A DNA stretch of 64,000 nt from an uncultured Bacteroidota bacterium (GTDB taxonomy: Bacteria > Bacteroidota > Ignavibacteria > UBA10030 > UBA6906). A program made the position numbers and the translations under genes. Within the stretch, counting starts at the first letter, position 1, and each line of letters begins with the position of its first letter. Of this stretch, positions 60,294-64,000 are shown piece after piece. The notes beneath the pieces were generated by a model, which was not told the origin of the DNA, searched no databases, and saw only the letters and a program-made list of their open reading frames with translations. The DNA lies in the NCBI GenBank assembly GCA_963700635.1, contig CAVOYH010000004.1:32001-96000 (forward strand), read 5' to 3'.

Positions 60294-61237
60294 CGTATCT
60301 CTCTTCCATCGGATGTCTGCTCCAGTTCTGGTTCGGACTGATAACATCTCTCTTGCACTTCCGGACAATATGCACAGAACCTGCATCCATTCCCGGAAGC
60401 GGTTCTGGCGGCGCCGGGTGACGCCGGGCCCGTCGTCATCATCCCCTTCACCGGTCCTGGCCGTGCCCGGGCCAGCAGTTGGGAATAGGGATGCAACTGC
60501 CTCTTGAAGAAGGCCTCACAGGATGCTGACTCGACGATCCTTCCTGCGTACAGCACCAGAATCGTATCTCCCATGCGCCGCGCTACATCGATATCATGCG
60601 TGATCAACATCAACGACATACCCGTGTTGCGCTGGATCGACATCATCACATCGAGCAGCGAATCTCGCAATGAACTGTCAACGGCACTCGTAGGTTCATC
60701 GGCAACAAGCAGGGATGGAGATGGCAGAATTGCCATGGCAATGCAGACTCTCTGAGCCATCCCTATGCTCAACTGATGCGGGAAGAGGTTCAGCACGACA
60801 TCCGCGTCGAGACCCACCGAGCGGAGCGTCTCATGGCAGGCGGAGTCGTTCCCTGATGCCAGGCCACCTGAGAGCCGCAATTGAGTCCGGATATCGGCCA
60901 GCGGATTAAGTGACTGCAGAGGTTCCTGAAACACGTACCGGATCTTGTTCTGGCGAATGGGCGCGAGTTCGGCTTGATCAAGGGACAGCAACTCCCGTCC
61001 TTCAAAAATCACCGAGCCTTTAACGCTCATCGGGCGGGTTCGTGGGAACAACTTTGTGATCGAGCGGCTAAGAATGGTTTTGCCGCTGCCGCTTTCGCCG
61101 AGAAGGACCAGGACTTCATTGCGACAGAGAGTCAAGGAAACGTCGTGGATGATGTCTGTCGGGTCAGTCCGCGAGAAAACTGAAACGCAGAGATCCCGTA
61201 CGGTCAGAAGATGGGATGGTTCGATTGCAGGGTTCAT
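60275..61237 (-). CDS. Oligopeptide/dipeptide ABC ATP-binding protein (OppD-like)
   Basis: GESGSGKT, FQEP, PHQLS, ADEPT, HPYS and C-terminal Cys cluster. Confidence 0.92.
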   Translation of the reverse strand: MNPAIEPSHLLTVRDLCVSVFSRTDPTDIIHDVSLTLCRNEVLVLLGESGSGKTILSRSITKLFPRTRPMSVKGSVIFEGRELLSLDQAELAPIRQNKIRYVFQEPLQSLNPLADIRTQLRLSGGLASGNDSACHETLRSVGLDADVVLNLFPHQLSIGMAQRVCIAMAILPSPSLLVADEPTSAVDSSLRDSLLDVMMSIQRNTGMSLMLITHDIDVARRMGDTILVLYAGRIVESASCEAFFKRQLHPYSQLLARARPGPVKGMMTTGPASPGAARTASGNGCRFCAYCPEVQERCYQSEPELEQTSDGREIRCFYWK

Positions 61238-61324
61238 GTGTCCGCAGTGAAACTACCGAAAATGTATTTCAAACTCAAACAGGTTTGCCGCGGGGGTCTT
61301 GTCCCCCCCCCTCCGCGGATTCTA

Positions 61325-61353
61325 TTGACAAACCCGCAAATCATGGGTATATT
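61325..61353 (+). promoter_or_regulatory. Sigma70-type promoter for peptide SBP/permease
   Basis: TTGACA-17 nt-TATATT. Confidence 0.7.
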
Positions 61354-61396
61354 CACCAGCACAATTGCCTTCCGGAGACGCTGGAGAACCGTGCCG

Positions 61397-63100
61397 ATGA
61401 AAACACGAATTGTACTGCCGTGTATCGTGGCGATTACGCTGGCGTGCTGTGGCACACCGGAAGAGCGCACGTCGAGCCGGGCACAGCGCTCCATGGTTGT
61501 TGTTGCCATTGAAGGTGACATTGACACCTTTAATCCGCTCTTTGCCGAGGACATTACCGCAGGAGAAATCAATGACCTCTTCTTTCCCTCCCTGGTAAGG
61601 TCTGATTTCGACCCCGATTCGGGTCTACTGCGCTACTCACCCATGCTGGCTCGGTCGTGGGAGTACAGCAACCAACAGAGAGACATTACCTTTCATCTGC
61701 TTTCCAACGCCCGATGGGCTGATGGCACGCCCGTCACGGCCAGAGATGTTCAGCTCACGTTTGAGTTGTATGGCGATCCGGATGTTGCGAGCATCCGGCA
61801 GGCCTCCGTCGACAACCTGAGGCGGACCGACGGAAGTCTCGATATTACGAAGAGCGTCGTTCAGAAAGATGATACTACCGTCGTGTTTCACTTTTCCAGG
61901 GCATACTCCGGACAACTCTTCGATGCCGGACTTCCCATCCTGCCGGCTCACCTTCTGGAGAAGATACCCCGGAAAGATCTTCGATCAGCCCCCTTCAATC
62001 GATCTCCCGTCGGGTGCGGGCCATACGCGCTTGCCGCATGGACGCCATTGCAGGAGACAATCCTCGAGCCGAATCCGCACTCCGTTGTTCCGTATCCCGG
62101 GAAGCTTTCACGCCTGGTATTCCGCGTCATTCCTGATTACCGGACCCGGTTGGCCCAGCTTGGTTCGGGAGAAGTTGACCTGGTAGGGGGCGTAAGGCCG
62201 GACGATGCCGACAGGCTCTTGAGAGAGGTACCGTCAGTCAAAATAATCTCGATACCCGGCCGGGATTACGACTTTCTTGGCTGGAACAACGTGGATCCCG
62301 AGGCCTATGGGAAATCGAGAGGCAAAACCATACAACCGCACAGGCTCTTCGGAAAAAGTAACGTCCGGCGGGCACTCACCATGGCGGTGAATCGGGAGGA
62401 GTTTGTTGATGCCTATCTCGGCTCTCATGGCCGTGTTGCATTCGGCGGAGTTTCTCCGCTTTTCACATGGGCCTACAATGATCGCCTGCACCCGTTACCG
62501 TTTGACCCTCAACAGGCACGAGTGTTGTTGGAAAGGGAAGGGTGGAAGGATACCGACCACGATGGTGTGCTCGACAACAAGGGAGTTCGGTTTTCATTCG
62601 TACTCAAACTCCCTGCAGGCAACCAGCTCAGGAATGTCGTTGCCGCGGCAGTGCAGCAGCAGCTGAAAAACGTGAAGATCGAAATGAAGATTGAGCAGAT
62701 TGAACGGGGAACGTTCTGGCAGGAAGTCGCGACCAGAAAGTATGACGCATGGATGGCAGGCTTTAGCGTGCCCCTCCAGATGCAGCTGGATGAACTCTGG
62801 GGTTCCGATCTTGCAAAATATCCTTTTAATCTGACCGGATTCCAGAACGTGCGCGTGGACGAAATCCTCGCAACGGCGAGAACCCTTACGTCTGAGACCG
62901 ACGGCGCCGCCCTGTGGAAGGAATTTCAAGAGATCGTTCACGAAGAACAACCATGTACATTTCTCTTCTGGATCAATAACATCGTGGCGGTTAACGATCG
63001 TGTTCACGGCACACACATCGGCGTTCTTGGCACTGCTCATCACGCCTGGGAATGGCATGTGAATACCGGTGGAACGGTTGCCTCAGAAAACGTACGCTAA
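61397..63100 (+). CDS. Peptide ABC transporter substrate-binding lipoprotein (family 5)
   Basis: Lipobox-like 'LACC', 'WADGTPVTARDV', 'PVGCGPY', 'VRRALTMAVNR'. Confidence 0.9.
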   Translation: MKTRIVLPCIVAITLACCGTPEERTSSRAQRSMVVVAIEGDIDTFNPLFAEDITAGEINDLFFPSLVRSDFDPDSGLLRYSPMLARSWEYSNQQRDITFHLLSNARWADGTPVTARDVQLTFELYGDPDVASIRQASVDNLRRTDGSLDITKSVVQKDDTTVVFHFSRAYSGQLFDAGLPILPAHLLEKIPRKDLRSAPFNRSPVGCGPYALAAWTPLQETILEPNPHSVVPYPGKLSRLVFRVIPDYRTRLAQLGSGEVDLVGGVRPDDADRLLREVPSVKIISIPGRDYDFLGWNNVDPEAYGKSRGKTIQPHRLFGKSNVRRALTMAVNREEFVDAYLGSHGRVAFGGVSPLFTWAYNDRLHPLPFDPQQARVLLEREGWKDTDHDGVLDNKGVRFSFVLKLPAGNQLRNVVAAAVQQQLKNVKIEMKIEQIERGTFWQEVATRKYDAWMAGFSVPLQMQLDELWGSDLAKYPFNLTGFQNVRVDEILATARTLTSETDGAALWKEFQEIVHEEQPCTFLFWINNIVAVNDRVHGTHIGVLGTAHHAWEWHVNTGGTVASENVR

Positions 63101-63159
63101 CAAGTGTGCGCGCATCAAAAGGTCTGGAACAACATGTTCTATAGCCCCCGGATGGTGAC

Positions 63160-64000
63160 GTGTCCCTCCTGATGTTCCTGATCCGGCGACTGCTCCAAGC
63201 GATACCTACGCTGTTTGGGCTGGTGACCCTCGTGTTCTTCCTCTCGCGGCTCCTGCCGGGAGATCCTCGACTCTCTACCTGTATCCGGGAATTCCGCCTG
63301 CGGTCGCCGAACAGCTTAGCGCTCAGTTCGGTTTCAACCGTCCTGTCCTGGACCAGTACGTGTCCTGGCTCTCTTCCGTTCTCACCGGTGAACTGGGGCA
63401 TTCCTTTGCTCACAATGCACCCGTGACGGAGGTCATACTGCGGGTGTTTCCGAATACGGTGCTCCTCGGCGGAACGGCACTGGTTCTGGAATGTATTCTT
63501 GCGGTTCTTCTGGCGGCGATCGCGGTGCGGGAGGTGGGATCACGGATGGACAGATCCGTTTCGACGCTTACCCTTGTTGTGTACTCACTCCCATCTTTCT
63601 GGGTTGGCATAGTGTTGTTGTGGATATTCTCATACTCCCTGGGGGTGTTTCCTTCATCACAGATGTACTCCATCGGAGCAGAAGATCTCGATGGGACGGA
63701 AGCATTGATCGATCTGCTGCGGCACCTGGCGCTCCCCGCGTTTACGGTCGCGATCCCGGGTGCTGCGGCCATCACCCGGTATCTCCGGACGAACATCACG
63801 GAGACCCTGGGAGAGGATTATGTTGTTGCGGCGACAGGCATGGGGCTGTCGAAAGCCAGGGTGTTTCGATCCTATGTCCTGCCGAATTCCATCGGACCGG
63901 CGGTTTCGTTGCTGGGCATCGAAGTGGGCGTGCTCCTGACAGGCGTACTGGTTACCGAAACTCTCTTTGCATGGCCCGGAATGGGAAGGATTGCAGTCAT
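63160..64000 (+). CDS. Peptide ABC permease (OppB/DppB-like), frameshift near 63270, 3' truncated
   Basis: 'LIRRLLQAIPTL...LPGDP'. The shifted frame continues 'GELGHS...YSLPSFW...HLALPA...EDYV...VTETLFAWPGMG'. Confidence 0.85.

Noticed and set aside
61288-61318. C9 tract within a GC hairpin next to the peptide-ABC promoter as a phase-variation site
   Set aside because: It lies upstream of the -35 rather than in the spacer or coding region. Homopolymer length is also unreliable in this assembly.
1-64000. CRISPR arrays, tRNA/rRNA, IS/integrase, prophage or defence genes
   Set aside because: No repeat-spacer arrays, RNA-gene signatures or transposase, integrase or phage motifs were seen.

Overview
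A 64-kb, GC-rich (roughly 55-60% by eye), gene-dense chromosomal segment. It most likely comes from an FCB-group bacterium such as Ignavibacteria; this is inferred from three proteins with T9SS 'LxQNYPNPFNP' C-terminal sorting domains, a PorV-like gene and TonB-dependent receptors. Contents in order: (1) 1-14.1 kb, + strand: a glycan/uronate catabolic operon (solute-binding protein, three poorly classifiable glycosidase-like proteins, a heparinase II/III-like lyase, an Na+/solute symporter, a nitrilase-family hydrolase, an SDR and a GH88-like hydrolase). (2) 14.1-20 kb, - strand, converging on and overlapping block 1: a six-gene corrinoid methyl-transfer cassette (two URO-D/MtaA-like proteins, corrinoid protein, stand-alone homocysteine S-methyltransferase, DUF1638, RACo/ASKHA activator) with no folate module. 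(3) A T9SS C39-like peptidase, then a LytS/LytTR system with one canonical and one pseudo-receiver regulator, and AlgR-like direct-repeat boxes at several nearby promoters. (4) A TBDR / large secreted protein / PorV triad. (5) A LolA-like + ABC + beta-barrel export operon and a diheme cytochrome c. (6) Envelope and housekeeping genes (amidase-like lipoprotein, TBDR, AKR, FHA-lytic transglycosylase, rhamnulokinase, SGNH esterase, antiporter, peptide ABC transporter). Many genes between 24 and 40 kb, and one at 63 kb, carry frameshifts that are probably sequencing errors. No rRNA, tRNA, CRISPR or mobile element was recognised. Best candidates for new biology: a folate-independent, B12-dependent demethylation-to-methionine module coupled to glycan breakdown, and a LytTR regulon with a pseudo-receiver paralog.
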